This document shows, in pieces, positions 1-12,457 of a stretch of DNA of 64,000 nt. Both the position numbers and the translations under genes were made by a program. The stretch's first letter is position 1. Each line of letters starts with the position of its first letter. The stretch is from positions 1 through 64,000 of the forward strand of contig NW_025765187.1 in NCBI RefSeq assembly GCF_003918875.1. The letters run 5' to 3'. The notes beneath the pieces were generated by a model. The model was given only the letters and a program-made list of their open reading frames with translations. It was not told the DNA's origin and did not search any database. This stretch comes from Haliotis rubra. Its lineage: Eukaryota.

Positions 1-130
1 AATATTCCAGCAATATCACGGCGGGGAACACCTGAAATAAGCTTCACATATTCTACCCATTTTGGGAATCGAATCCGGGTATTAGGCGAGACGACCGAAC
101 AGATTCACCACCAGGCTATCCCACCGCCCC
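1..130 (-). mobile_element. tRNA-derived SINE (family A), 5' part, cut by the window edge
   Basis: Reverse complement reads GGGGCGGTGGGATAGCCTGGTGGT...CCGGATTCGATTCCC...GCCGTGATATTGCTGGAATATT, matching the full-length copy at 44655. The paralogous copy is at about 42590-42763. Confidence 0.85.
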
Positions 131-773
131 AAGAAATAACACACGTTTTGATACAGTCGCAAACAGTTAAAAAACAATTATGGTATCGGTAATTATGGTA
201 CCAGTCAGACACATTATCAGCTGTTAAACAAGGGAGGACACTTTTCTTTAATGTTTAAATGTATTTTATTTCTAACAGAAATAGATCCATTCCTTATTTC
301 ACAGAAAGATGGATCATGATATCAAACGATACTATAAACGATATACATTGTTGGAATATTTTATATGTACAAAATGGAATAACATACATACAAGTCTTGT
401 TTTCCATGTAGGGCAAGGGTACCTGAAGATAGAAAGTCGCTACACTGACTAAACAACACAACGTGCAGTGTAGGTTTCCGCGAGATAAAATCATAGGGCT
501 TAAAAAATCCTATTACTTCATATTCACCATCCAAAAACACAAAAGAGTTTGCTCAAGTAAAATTCATTAAAATACCCAGTCAAGTACAGAAAAAAGTATT
601 ATAAACCCGTATACACTAAAAAAAGTAAGCATCGATTTATATTCGAAACAACCAGGTAACACACTCACCAACGATTTGATTTAAAAATAAATTGGAGATA
701 TTCAAATTACACATATTTCAGAAAACTGCCTCATCGAAAGATTCATCATATGTGTTATGTTGATTCCAGAGAA

Positions 774-871
774 TCACGTGAACCAAGCGACGTCACGTGA
801 CACACACGACGACAACCAGGAAGTGGAGCGGGGACAGTCTGTCGATTTACGGTGTTGTAATTGTGGTAAGT
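774..871 (+). promoter_or_regulatory. Putative promoter and non-coding exon 1 of TRIM copy 1
   Basis: TCACGTGA (774-781), GTCACGTGAC (792-801), ETS-like CAGGAAGT (817-824), then a consensus donor TG|GTAAGT (866-871). The ATG exon begins at a splice acceptor (TTCCTCTTCAG|ATAATG, 5564/5565), so an upstream exon is needed. The block recurs at 12.8, 36.3 and 43.5 kb. Confidence 0.6.
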
Positions 872-2016
872 CTCACGTTAATATGACACAATACAAACAC
901 AGATATTACTACCTTTAACAGTAACTTGTGTTTTTAGCAAACATTTCTTCTGATTTTGGACTGTTATCTGGGGAGTAAGGGAAGGTTAGTTCACTTAGTT
1001 TCCGCACAGGTTAGTACAGAGGTTTCCCTTTAATACAGAAAGTAGACTTGGAATCAACATGGACTAACGTATGTACCGGTGAGGTGTCAGCTGTTGAAAT
1101 GTCAGTGCTGAAAATGGCTACCCACATTGGTGCACTTCTACAGAGTGTTTTTGTTATCAACATTTATTAACACGAAGTTTTAAGACAAATCAGTACAGTA
1201 CATCATGGCTTTGTGGCGATACACTTGATGTCACCAGCGTTATGTCCCTTTAAATATTCAATGATCTGCATGTGTGTGTGTTCAGGCGCTTGAGTGTGTT
1301 CAGGCACGGGCGCGTGTGCGTGTGCGTGTGCGTGTGTGTGAGTCACTTATAGATTTAACAGAACCTAATACATCTAGGAGAGTAGGTTCTGATTATGTGA
1401 CAGTTTACAAACGTGTGTGGACGCGTTCCTGAACATTCACTAACTTTAAGAACACCCCTATATTTCCTAATAGTACTTTGTGATGTACTTCCACTATTTA
1501 GAAACAAGCGAAATAGGCGAGATTTATACAGCGTATGACCAATACAAAAGATATATCTGATACTGGCTGTTTTAAAATAATACAATGAATTAACCCGGAA
1601 CGGATATTTGGGTGAACAAGTTCTTTCAGCTGGTGAAGTCCCGGACATCCGTTAGTGACACATGTTACTCTGTCTCCTTTAGGAAATGAAACAGTTTTTA
1701 GAAAACCTCATGCATGTTGAAATTAACCCGTAATGGAAACGACTTTGTTCTTCTACTTTTGGTTTGATTCAATCAAACTATTTTCAATCAGATGATTCAG
1801 ATCTTTGCTTAAAACAATACTCAGGGTTTAGGTTTTTTTTAAATTAAATCAGGAAAACTTTTTTTGTATCCATCCTCAATAAATGGTCAGTGTATTTTAA
1901 AATGAATAGGATTTTTATTCCTATTTTCTCCAGTCATTTCCATCAGTGTTGTGTACATGTATAACTAAAATATGCATAAAAATAAGGTCAAACGACTTTT
2001 TCCCCTTTCCAATAGC

Positions 2017-5000
2017 TATTCGACTGTACATGAAAACCGGATGTTGCACTTTTGCAACAACCCATTTTCCACTGAACTGTTTTCCATGGACAACTCAGGC
2101 TTCACGTTAACGGTTAGTTAATGGTATTCCCCACCTTTGATAAATGCAACATTTTGAATATGACCACATCGGCTTATACAACATCGGCATATTTAGAATC
2201 AGATAATAATGATAATGTTTCTATTCTTGTCATAAATGTCTATTTCAAGCGGCTCCCCGACTGAAGCTAACGTAGCGATCGCAAATAAGCTTGTTTTACT
2301 CCTGATATTACGCGAGTGATGACCACACGGTGCTTCTGTTGACTTTTACAACAAAGTTCGTCTTATTCAAAGTCCTGAGTGAAGTTTTAATGCTTATCTC
2401 TTTACACTTAGAGAGAAACGTGGCAAAATGTAGACTGTACGATCTGATGGTTGTGGCACCGGTACTGTGCGGGGAGTTGCAGGGAATAAATATGGCACTG
2501 TACGGAGAGTTGGTATGATAATGATGCATGTATTGTAATAAGATTCCTGTTACAAATGGTTTTCTTTAATTTTCAGGCTAAACGCATACTACATATCTCC
2601 TGTTACCGATGGCGACTTTCCACTGCTACCATTGTGCTCTTGTTTCGGACTTTTAGACTATTATTTGTCAGGTTATTGTTGCTCATCCACAGATGTTTTA
2701 TAGGTCCGACAACGAAATGTGGATTGTAGCATTTCCATTATAAGTTTTCATGACTTTCTGAATTCGAAAGGGCTATCGAAATTGTATTTCCTTTATATTT
2801 GGACTGAGGGGCAGAAAATCTTTTGCTGAGAAATAACCAAATATTAATCCAAAAATTGAAAACCATCGTTAACGTGACATCAGTTATACAACTAAAGTTA
2901 TGTACGTCACTTCATTTAACATAAGATGTATATAATTCTATCGCAATTTTTATGAACATCAATATTATGAAACCATTATTTGCTATTCATGATTCGTTAA
3001 CTACAACTGGCAAGTTAAACATAGCAATCAAGTACACAATACACCTAGGCCAAACTTCCTCAAGTCCAGGCACCTCTGACGTAATAATCATTTCAAATAC
3101 ATATCTCCTATTTAATATCTGTCGTTTCTTAATGTTTATTCATAATATTTCTAAACCTTTTGAATCTTCTTAGTCAATAATCATAATTTACGCGTTAGCG
3201 ATTTACAACGAAACTTATATTTGATGCAAAGTAACGTTTTGCGCAACGTTCCAAAAATATGTCTCTCAAACGTTTTGCATTTCTACGCAAACAAAAGATA
3301 GAATAAATCTATAATATCAGAATCAATCAAGTGAGTATTTTTAATAGGACTTCGAGGCCCATTTCAATTACACGTGAAAATTATTTTTCTAAATAATGCC
3401 TCAGAAAAAATAGGGATATTTTTCAGGAAAGACAACAAACTTGTAAGCACCTAGCACCTTGGTCTTTTAAAATAATTGTGACTTTGAATGCCCTAATGAC
3501 CATGCTTTAGTCACTGAATTTAATTGTTATCAGAAATCTTCGAGTGTATCTTCATTGTCTAATATTCAATGTGTGATTGACACCAATAATCATTTCAACG
3601 AATATTTTAATTCTAATGATGAATGGACGAACAACGGATCGAACCTGCGAAATGATCCAAAACATGTGCACTCCAAATTTATATTCTGGGTTATCGATGT
3701 AAAAATCTGCATGGAGGTCAGAATCGAGAAATTTACGTCATTTTAATATTTTGGTACAATGTGACATGATCATAGGTTGTTTATTATAAGATAGTCTGTA
3801 AAAATATTCTCTGATCAAACGCTGCCCGAACGTCGATAACAGTAAAACTCAACTTATATATGCACTGCAGCGACACGAACATAGAGCAGACGACTGTTTA
3901 CTTGAGCTATCAGAGATAAATGATATCTATATGTATATGTGCAGGTGTTCATTGTTCATTGTGTACGTTGTTCTCATAATAATGTAGCGATGATCGCCAT
4001 TTAAAGGTTTTATTACATGTATGGCACCTGTACATTCTACCGTTGTGGTGTTCATACATGTAATCCTTTGCCATGACGCTCTGACAGACATCCTAATCCA
4101 TGGCATCATCCTTATTCGAACAGATCTTGCGATGACGCTCAGGTTCTTTCTCTGGCAAGTACGATTTCTTACAACTTGGACACTTCTCTGGTCTTAAACT
4201 ATGATGTTGAGTTACATGAGAGTTGTAACTCCACAGTTGTTTGAATTTCTTATTACATACAACACATTCGGAACTTCATATGTTCTTGTGGATGCTGAAG
4301 TGAAGTTACAAGCCATACTTAGTTTTGAAGCTTCGCCCGCATCTATCGCACAGGCGTGTCGTAGTTTTAGCTTTAATCGGGGTACTTGTGAAAACATGTG
4401 ACGAATTTAAGGGAATGCAAGACTCGTCTAGGGCCTCAACATCCATTTCTGAAAGACTTTAAGCCATGCAGTACACCGTACCGTTTAAAGCAAACGGGTA
4501 TTTATCATTTAGACAAGAGATAATTCCACATCGACCCGTATGTTAAACTTAGTATAGCACGATTTATTTTCCTGAATGAGTGTTCAAAACATATGACGTA
4601 GCTGTGATGTAATTAGTAAAACAGTTGTTGGATAACTGGTTCTAAACCATGTGCATAATTATGACTTCAAATTTACCTGCAAAACGTCGCAATTATCCAC
4701 CTCATATAATGACCATTATTCATGTTACATCTAATAAGCATGCAAGACATGACATATTCCGAATACCTATCACAGAACTCAGTCACTCTGCAAAGGCGCA
4801 ACTACCCGTACCCACAACCTGACGCAGTAGCAACGACCATTTAGCGTACAGCTTGGTTTCAGTCAAAACAAAGGCTTGAGACTTTCACAATACATGCATT
4901 GGGCATTTATAAAATAAATATGCCTTATGCCTGCATGGAAAAGGTCTAATTGTATGAAATAAACCATCTATATTCCCTTGATTGACAGATTTAGATTTAG

Positions 5001-5257
5001 ATAATATTTCGTAAGGCACGATCACGTGATCTGAAATGCGACAGTAAATCATCCGGTAAAAGAGGATGAATGAATGTCACCTCATAAATATAGTAGTTAA
5101 GGGTACAAGAAGGCTTCATCTTTGGACACAAAAACGTTAAGCCGGTTCTATTCAAAATATTGTCTGTAATTACCGTGAACGTGAAGCCTGGGTTGTCCCT
5201 GAAAAACTGTACAGTGGAAAATGGGTTGTTGCAAAGGTTTTCATGTACAGTCGAATA
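2017..5257. mobile_element. About 3.2-kb TIR-bounded DNA-transposon-like element in TRIM intron 1 (superfamily unassigned)
   Basis: 2017-2114 (TATTCGACTGTACATGAAAACC...CAGGCTTCACGTTAACGGT) is the reverse complement of 5171-5257 apart from a small indel and a few mismatches. The block is absent from the short intron 1 of copy 3. Confidence 0.75.
3949..4446 (-). pseudogene. Decayed multi-C2H2 zinc-finger gene inside the intronic element
   Basis: Manual translation from ATG 4446 (preceded by the acceptor-like CTTTCAG): MDVEALDESCIPLNSSHVFTSTPIKAKTTTRLCDRCGRSFKTKYGL*LHFSIHKNI*SSECVVCNKKFKQLWSYNSHVTQHHSLRPEKCPSCKKSYLPEKEPERHRKIC..., then after a break YRCHTCNKTFKWRSSLHYYENNVHNEQ*. CxxC-x3-F-x8-HxxxH spacing is clear. 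Confidence 0.8.
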
Positions 5258-5567
5258 CCCCCTGCGAATATACTCACTGTGTATTGTTAATAAACATATG
5301 AATTAAAGCCACAAGAGTTATCCCCCTTTCACATCAGCGGCACTGAAGAATGTAGAATATCTTTCGTCCCAGGAGCTGTCTTCTGTCGTCAGTTATATTC
5401 TCACTGCGCATGTCTTATTTAGATATTACGCCTTATGATGTCGGTATGTTGCCTACATTTAAACGTTGCAAGAAGGCAAAACAGTTTTATTGTTTTAGAC
5501 CATATTCTCTTTAAAACTGCAAAAGCCGCATTTATATATATTTAAACCGTGCATTCCTCTTCAGATA

Positions 5568-5859
5568 ATGGCGGCTGCCAAAATATTGACAGACAACCAC
5601 CTCACCTGTGTCATCTGTACGGAGGTGTTCACAGACCCTGCCACACTTCAGTGTAATCACACATTCTGTAAGTCCTGTCTGTTGAAATACACCAACACAC
5701 AGCCTGAAGCAATACAAGCCAAGTCCATCCCATGTCCCTCCTGTAGACAACTGACGAAGGTGACCACCCCTGACAGTCCAGTGGAGGAGTGGGTCAGTCA
5801 GCTGAAACCAAGCCACGTCATACAGGGGCTGATGGATGAATGTGGACCAGGGAGCAAAG
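5568..5859 (+). CDS. TRIM-NHL copy 1, coding exon 1 (C3HC4 RING finger); join(5568..5859,6235..7868), 641 aa
   Basis: CVIC-x11-CNHTFCKSC-x18-CPSC RING motif. Donor AAAG|GTAACG at 5859/5860 is phase 1 and joins exon 2 in frame (G+CG=Ala). Confidence 0.93.
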
Positions 5860-6234
5860 GTAACGAATTGACACTTGACGTTCAATGATTATTTTTAAAT
5901 GTTGTGGAAATATGTAAAAATTGTGTTTTGTTGTAATTTTAAGATTGAATGAATATATACACTCAATGAATGATTTATGAAATATTTTCATTTGACACAA
6001 TTTTAATTTTTCTGGTGTTTGGTCTCCTGTCAACTCATTACATCAGTCGACATTTATTATTGACATTTGCATTGATTCTTCTCACATTCTTATTATCTTG
6101 AAATTCAATTTCCAACACTATCAAAGTTAATTATTTAATTATTGTACAATGTAACTGATTCTAGGAAATTTCAATACACTTATATATGTGTTCCTTTATC
6201 TAGAACAAAAACAGCTTGTTCTTTGCCATTACAG

Positions 6235-7868
6235 CGGCCCATGTAAATATCTGCAGTGTTTGCAAAGTACAAGGGAAGACAACTCCTGCCACCTCGTGGT
6301 GCTCCGTCTGTGACGATGTCTTCTGTGATGGATGTCTGGAGATGCACAACATGATGCCAATGTCACGTGACCATGAAGTTGTGGGTTTGTCTGATACTAC
6401 CAAAAGAAAAGCCAAGCAACGCCTCATGTGTAAACTCCACAAAGACGAACAGATTAAGTTGTTCTGTAAGGATTGTAGGGTGGCCATTTGTCATACATGC
6501 TGCAGTATAAAACACAGGAAATGTGACGATGTTGATACTTTAAATAACATGACGCCTGTTGTCAGAGAACACCTGTCAAATCAAACCCAAGAACTGAAAA
6601 TCAAAATGACAACTTCAGAAAAGAGAATTACTTTCAGGAAATCTCAAATTGAAGAAATAGAGTCCAATGCGCAAATTATAAAAGATGAAATCAGACAATT
6701 ACGTCAGAAAGTGGTAGAAGTGATTTTACGGAAGGAGAAACAACTCCTTGATAAAGTCGACCGATCTTCCGATGAACAATTACAGGAATTACAAGCAGAT
6801 ATAAAATCCCAGGAGATTGAGCTGCAGATGTACCAGCAACAGTATGAGTTCACAGCCAAAGCTGTCACGTCCAACTGTGAGGTGGACATGTATGCCATCT
6901 ATGAGTCGGTGGGTGAGGAGTCGACAGACAACAGAGACAGGGACAACCGACCAGCGCCAGGAAGGGTTGTATTTACTCACGACATGGACAAGCTGAGTAA
7001 AGCAGTGGATGAACTACAGCTAGGGAAGGTTGAAGTTGTCAGAGGTGTGAGTGACCACCAGTCTACCCCTGTTCTACATCACACTATTGACTGTAAGGCA
7101 GATAATGACATCAGGTATCCTGAATTGTATGACGTCACAGTGTTGACTGTTGAGGGTATAAAAGTAACAGTAGTTGCGGACTACAATAACAAAAGCATCA
7201 AAACATATCACACATCAAAACCAAACACACTAAGTAATCATCTACTACTTTCCTATAGTCCTTATCAACTAGCAAAGCTAAATGAGAGTCGGATAGCTGT
7301 CAGTTTTCCGGGCAGTCAGGAAATAGTTACAGTGGATGTTACTCCAGATCCTGTATTGTTGTCAACTATCAAAACAAGTAAAAGGTACTTCGCTCTAGCC
7401 TGTCTGAGTCCTTCACAGCTGGTGGTGGCAGGTACAAAACTACAGTCTCACTATGTGGACATACTGGACATGACAGGGAGGATACTGAAGTCTATCAACA
7501 CGGGTGTCATAAAGAATCCAAACTGTATCCATGTCACCAGTAATAACAACTTGATAGTTAGTAAAGGATCAGTAAAATCCCTCGTATCTGTGACCAGGGA
7601 AGGAGAAGCTGTTTTCACCTACACACCCACAGGGGACAGAGCTTTGAGATGGCCATTGGGTATCACAACAACAAGCACTGGGGATATCCTGTTTGTAGAC
7701 CGCGTCTCCCACAAGGTGATTCAGCTGACAGAGTCAGGGCAGTTTGTCAGAGATGTCCTCACACAACAGGATGGTCTGGAATATCCTTGTGGTATCTGTC
7801 TTGATGGGGACGGGTTTGTGTATGTTACATGTGAGCGATATGTAAAGGTATTCAAATTTAACAAGTGA
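6235..7868 (+). CDS. TRIM-NHL copy 1, coding exon 2 (B-box1, B-box2, coiled coil, NHL beta-propeller); TRIM2/3/56/71-like E3 ligase
   Basis: Acceptor TTCTTTGCCATTACAG|CG at 6234/6235. CSVC...CSVCDDVFCDGCLEMH...DH (B-box1), CKLH...FCKDCRVAICHTC...H (B-box2), a heptad-rich segment, and NHL-type repeats (LRWPLGITTTSTGDILFVD, LEYPCGICLDGDGFVYV). Open frame to TGA 7868. Confidence 0.93.
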
Positions 7869-8632
7869 TTCGTGTTTCAAATATACTCTTACAAAAAGTT
7901 GGTGAATATTATTTTTAATTTACGATTGATAAAGCTGGGAGATATATCGGAGCAATCAATGTTGATGATAATGGACATTTTGAGAGTGCATCACCACTTA
8001 CACAAACTTATGGCCATAGTAGTTTGTACAGAAATAGCTCTTAAAAGATGATTGGTGTATGATGTGAAAACCGTCAAAATCCAGAATGACACCGGATGCA
8101 CGTGTATGGGGCACTGCGTTGTGCACGTGCATCCCATGCATTGTGTTTAGGGGCGGTGATAAAAAGACATGGCTGTGCGTTCATAAGATGTCTGTCTTGG
8201 AAACATTTGTTAACTCTTATACTTCCTATCTAAATTTGAAGTTCAGGTTCAGGCTTTTGTGAAGAGTATACGGACATAATTCGATCACACAACACAATAT
8301 CTGTTACAAGCCAACTTCAGGTACTGTTTATGGCTTTTCATGTAATTCTTAAAGTTAGCACATTGACGAAACACTGGATCTCATGTTTCATAACAAATAG
8401 TTTTAATCACAGAGATGAGACTAGCGTTGATGAAGAAAACAGTGACAAACATCCATTATTATCATATTATTCTTCATTTTTGCCAGGTCCAATGTGGTTT
8501 AACATGATGGTACGACAAAATGCAGTTATTCCAAAATAATCTAAAGTGCGACTCATGAACTATCTATCCGTAAAATCGCATTGATATGCTTTTCGGCACT
8601 TCTACAGTAATGTTTATGTATTATGAATATTC

Positions 8633-8638
8633 AATAAA
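8633..8638 (+). terminator. Candidate polyadenylation signal of TRIM copy 1
   Basis: AATAAA about 765 nt after the stop, conserved at 30233, 40812 and 50050 in the paralogous 3' regions. Confidence 0.55.
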
Positions 8639-8839
8639 CATTGTGCAATATAGCACATTCAGTGAAATTCAGAATCGTATTTGCTATGTTTTATGTTGCC
8701 TGCGTGTTGTTAATAAATGCATGCTGACCTCTTCGTACTGACGTTACGCCATGTGGCCATACATTGGACCAGGTTTAACGCTTTTACTTCCAGGAAGACA
8801 GAACTTATTTTGATGTTCAGTGTGCATCCACATCAGTTC

Positions 8840-9578
8840 AGGGTGGTGGGGTAACCAAGTGGTTAAAGCTTTCACTTGTCACGCCGATTCCCCGCATGGG
8901 TACAATGTGTGAAGCCCATTTCTCGAGTTCCCCATGGTGATATTGATGGAATGCTGCTAAACCCAAACTCACTCACTCACTCTACAGCAGTTACCCTGTG
9001 TCCAACTTTTTTCTGAATAACTACAATCCATCTCCTGTATATTGGTTGTACAAGCACTCCCTACCACAGAGCCTAGACCTTGTATGGAAGTCACGAAGAC
9101 ATAAGGGCTAAGATCGCTGTGTGGGACAGGGTGGTGGGGTAACCAAGTGGTTAAATCATTCACTTGTCACGCCGATTCCCCACATGGGTACAATGTGCAA
9201 AGCCCATTTCTCGAGTTCCCCATGGTGATATTGCTGGAATACTGCTAAACCCAAACTCACTCACTCACTCCACAGAAGTACCTATGTGGCCACTATTTTT
9301 CTGAATAACTGCAATCCATCTCCTGTATATTGGTTGTACAAGCACTCCCTACCACAGAGCCTAGACCTTGTATGGAAGTCACGAAGACATAAGGGTTAAG
9401 ATCGCTGTGTGGGACAGGGTGGTGGGGTAGCCTAGCAGTTTAAGCGTTCGTTCGCCACGCCGAAGATGCGGGTTCGATTCTCCACGAGTTTACAATATGT
9501 TAACCCCATTTCTGGTGTCCCTCGCCGTGATATAGCTGGAATATTGCTAAAAGCAGAGTAAAATTATACTTAATCACC
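8840..9578 (+). repeat. Three family-A SINEs linked by a 289-bp tandem duplication (SINE + spacer)
   Basis: Units at 8840-9127 and 9128-9416 are near-identical, and a third SINE head follows at 9417. Tails are (ACTC)n. Confidence 0.85.
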
Positions 9579-10366
9579 TCCGAGGAGCAATGTGACGTTG
9601 TACAAAACAAACAGCGCTACGATTTATTTTTGATAAAAATTAGAGCTTAGATCGCTCTGTGGAACAGTATCAGGTTCCTGGCCAAGGGATCTTGATAGAT
9701 ATTTGAGTTCATATTTTGCTGAGCACGAATAGTGTCTTGATTAAGTCTACATCTTAAGAGTTAAAACAAAACATAGACACAAGTTACTTTTATGATCCCG
9801 GAGCCTGGTTGTGATGTACACAACAAGAATTAGGACCAATTCTAACCAGGAACTCTCTGTGTGTGAAAAGTTGAGAGAAACCAAAGAAGTATTTCTCAGG
9901 CACTTGTCACTTCGTTGTCAATTCTTCAAGGTTGGTTGTCTTTATTGCCCAATCTCTCGCCAAGCAATAGTCCAGTTTTGTTAAAATAGTCTGAAGATAT
10001 CCAATCGCGAGTATGGACCAGACAATCCGGTGATGAACATTACATCACTGACGTATTTGAATAGGATGACATTGATCAAACAAGTTAGCAAATCTGACCG
10101 CACAAAAAGTTCCCAGTCTGGCCTATGACATCAGTGAGCAATTTGTATAGGATGACATGCATCAAACAAAGCTGAAAGTCTGACAACACGAAAATATCCG
10201 AGTCTGGATCAGACAATCCAGTGATTAACATGACATCAGTACCTTGTATAGGATGACATTCATCAAACTAGTCTGTGAGTTTGACCACACGATCGATCCT
10301 ACTAGTTGCTTTATACAGTACGCTTGGGAAGCTGGGAACCAACCACTCACTGAAATCATCATAAAA

Positions 10367-10527
10367 GGTGGTGGGGTAGTCTAGTGGTTAAAGCATTCGC
10401 TTGTCACGCTGAAGACCCAGGTTCGATTCATGGGTACAATGTGTGGAGCCTATATCTGGTGTCCACTGCTGTGAAATCGCTGGCAAATTGCTAAAAACGA
10501 CATAATCTACTCTCACTCACCCACTCA
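10367..10527 (+). mobile_element. tRNA-derived SINE (family A)
   Basis: GGTGGTGGGGTAGTCTAGTGGTTAAAGC...GGTTCGATTC...CTCACTCAC tail. Paralogous copies lie at about 14570-14712, 31346-31506 and 51175-51332. Confidence 0.8.
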
Positions 10528-10989
10528 CGTCACCGACACCTATCAGATCAGATTACCTACTTGAATTACCCTCCCTTAAACCACTACGACTATCACCTAA
10601 GACGTCGAGTTCATCCATTTTCTACAGAGAGGATATTATTAGACTGTGACACTAATACTCTTCCATCCAAAACAGGGAACCTTTGTGAAAAATGATAAAT
10701 TCAACCAATCCCTTCAGAGCTCTGGTCTAGGGGAAGTAACTCTTCCCGTACACGATCTCCTGGTAATCAAAAACACAGTTTGTCAAAGTGCATGATTAAG
10801 GTATCACAACGTAGGAGAACGGTACTTCAGACTGATTCCTGGACTGATTCTTTAACGGGGAAACAGTGTTCTGGTCTCAGGTCTTGGAGCTATCGACACG
10901 TCACACACTTTGGACACGTGAAAGTATAGGTGATGTCTATGCTTCTGATAGTGTGTTCATACAGAACCTGAAACAATTATATCCAGTAA

Positions 10990-12457
10990 GGACGGGAGGG
11001 ACGTCAGAGTGGTTGGGGCGGGTAGGGTGGACGGGAGGGGGTCAACGTGAGTAGGGTGGGTAGGGTTGACGGAGGGGGTCAAAGTGAGTAGGGGCGTGTA
11101 GGGTTGGCAGGAGGGACGTCAAAGTGGGTGGGGCGGGTAGGGTGGACGGGAGGGGGTCAAAGTGAGTAGGGACAGGTAGGGTGGGCGGAGGGACGTCAGA
11201 GTGGGTGGGGCGGGTAGGGTTGACAGGAGGGACGTCAGAGTGGTTGGGGCGGGTAGGGTGGACGGAGGGACGTCAAAGTGGGTGGGGCAGCTAGGGTGGA
11301 CGGGAGGGACGTCAAAGTGGGGTGGGGCGAGTAGGGTGGACGGGAGGGGGTCAAAGTGAGTAGGGGCAGGTAGGGTAGACGGGAGGGACGTCAGAGTAGG
11401 TGGGGCGGGTAGGGTTGACGGGAGGGACGTCAAAGTGGGTGGGGCGGCTTCGGTGGACGGGAGGGACGTCAGAGTGGTTGGGGCGACTAGGGTGGACGGG
11501 AGGGACGTCAGAGTGGGAGGAGTGAGTAGTAGGGATGTAACGATTCACTCTCACTTCGATTCGATACGATTATCGATTCAATTCGTTCGATTCGATTCAC
11601 CAAAGCTGAAGACAAAGTCAAATTTGTTGTAGAATCAGTTTAATTTGGCAGACTTTGAAAAATCGGTACAATGCACCATTAGAACACTGTCAAGACATGT
11701 TGTCAACAAATACCCACTGAACAAGTGATCATGAAATTAAGTTTCAGTCACGAACTTTGGTGTCAAGTGTTCATTGTGACTGTAATGTCACTGTAAGTCA
11801 TTTGGAATGATCATGTTCGGTGCAAGGAATTTTCACTTGAAAGACATACCCTCTGGGCACTTACAATGTCTCCGGCAATGGAGAATACCCTCTCAATGGC
11901 CACACTTGTAGAAGCGAATTTTCAACATAATTTCTTACGATTTCAGATGAAATAAACTCTTAGTATTAGAATGTAAGTACTGTATGAATCGAAGCGAAAT
12001 GGATGCATTTGAAATCGAGATCGAATCGTACATCTATCGATCCGATTTTCGATGAACCGAACCGAATCGTGACACCCCTAGTGGGTACGGAGGACGGTGG
12101 GGACGTCAGAGTGGGTTGGGTGGGTACGGTGGACGGGGAGACGTCGAAGTGGGTGGGGCGGGTAGGGTAGACAGGAGGGATGTCAGAGTGGGTGGGGCGG
12201 GTATGGTAGACGGGAGGATTTCAGAGTGAGTGGGGCGGATAGGGTAGACGGGAAGGACGTGAAAGTAGGAAGGACGGGTAGGATGGACGGGAGGGACGTC
12301 AGAGTGAGTGGAGCGGGTAGGGTAGACGGAGGGACTTCAAAGTAGGTAGGACGGGTAGGGTGAACAGGAATGACGTCAGATAGGGTGGGACGGGTAGGGT
12401 GGAGGGAGGGTGGTCAGATAGGGTGGGACGGGTAGGGTAGAGGGGAGGTCCGTCAGA
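10990..12457 (+). repeat. G-rich 39-bp minisatellite with G-quadruplex potential, split by a MITE
   Basis: Consensus GGGAGGGACGTCAGAGTGGGTGGGGCGGGTAGGGTGGAC repeated at 10990-11529 and 12081-12457. Confidence 0.92.
11530..12080. mobile_element. Non-autonomous hAT-like MITE (551 bp)
   Basis: TIRs TAGGGATGTAACGATTC / GAATCGTGACACCCCTA, subterminal (CGATT)n motifs, and an imperfect 8-bp TSD GTGAGTAG / GTGGGTAC. Confidence 0.85.

Noticed and set aside
5532-5885. Antisense 117-120-aa ORFs over each RING exon and other antisense ORFs over exon 2
   Set aside because: They are shadows of near-identical duplicated coding sequence, with no domain similarity.
5568-5888. Stand-alone 106-aa RING ORFs (also 26237-26557, 37587-37973, 46912-47232)
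   Set aside because: The tail GNELTLDVQ is read-through of a phase-compatible donor (AAAG|GTAACG). These are exons of the TRIM genes.
11119-11632. Pro/Thr-rich or Gly/Arg-rich ORFs (also 41994-42356)
   Set aside because: They are translations of the G-rich minisatellite.
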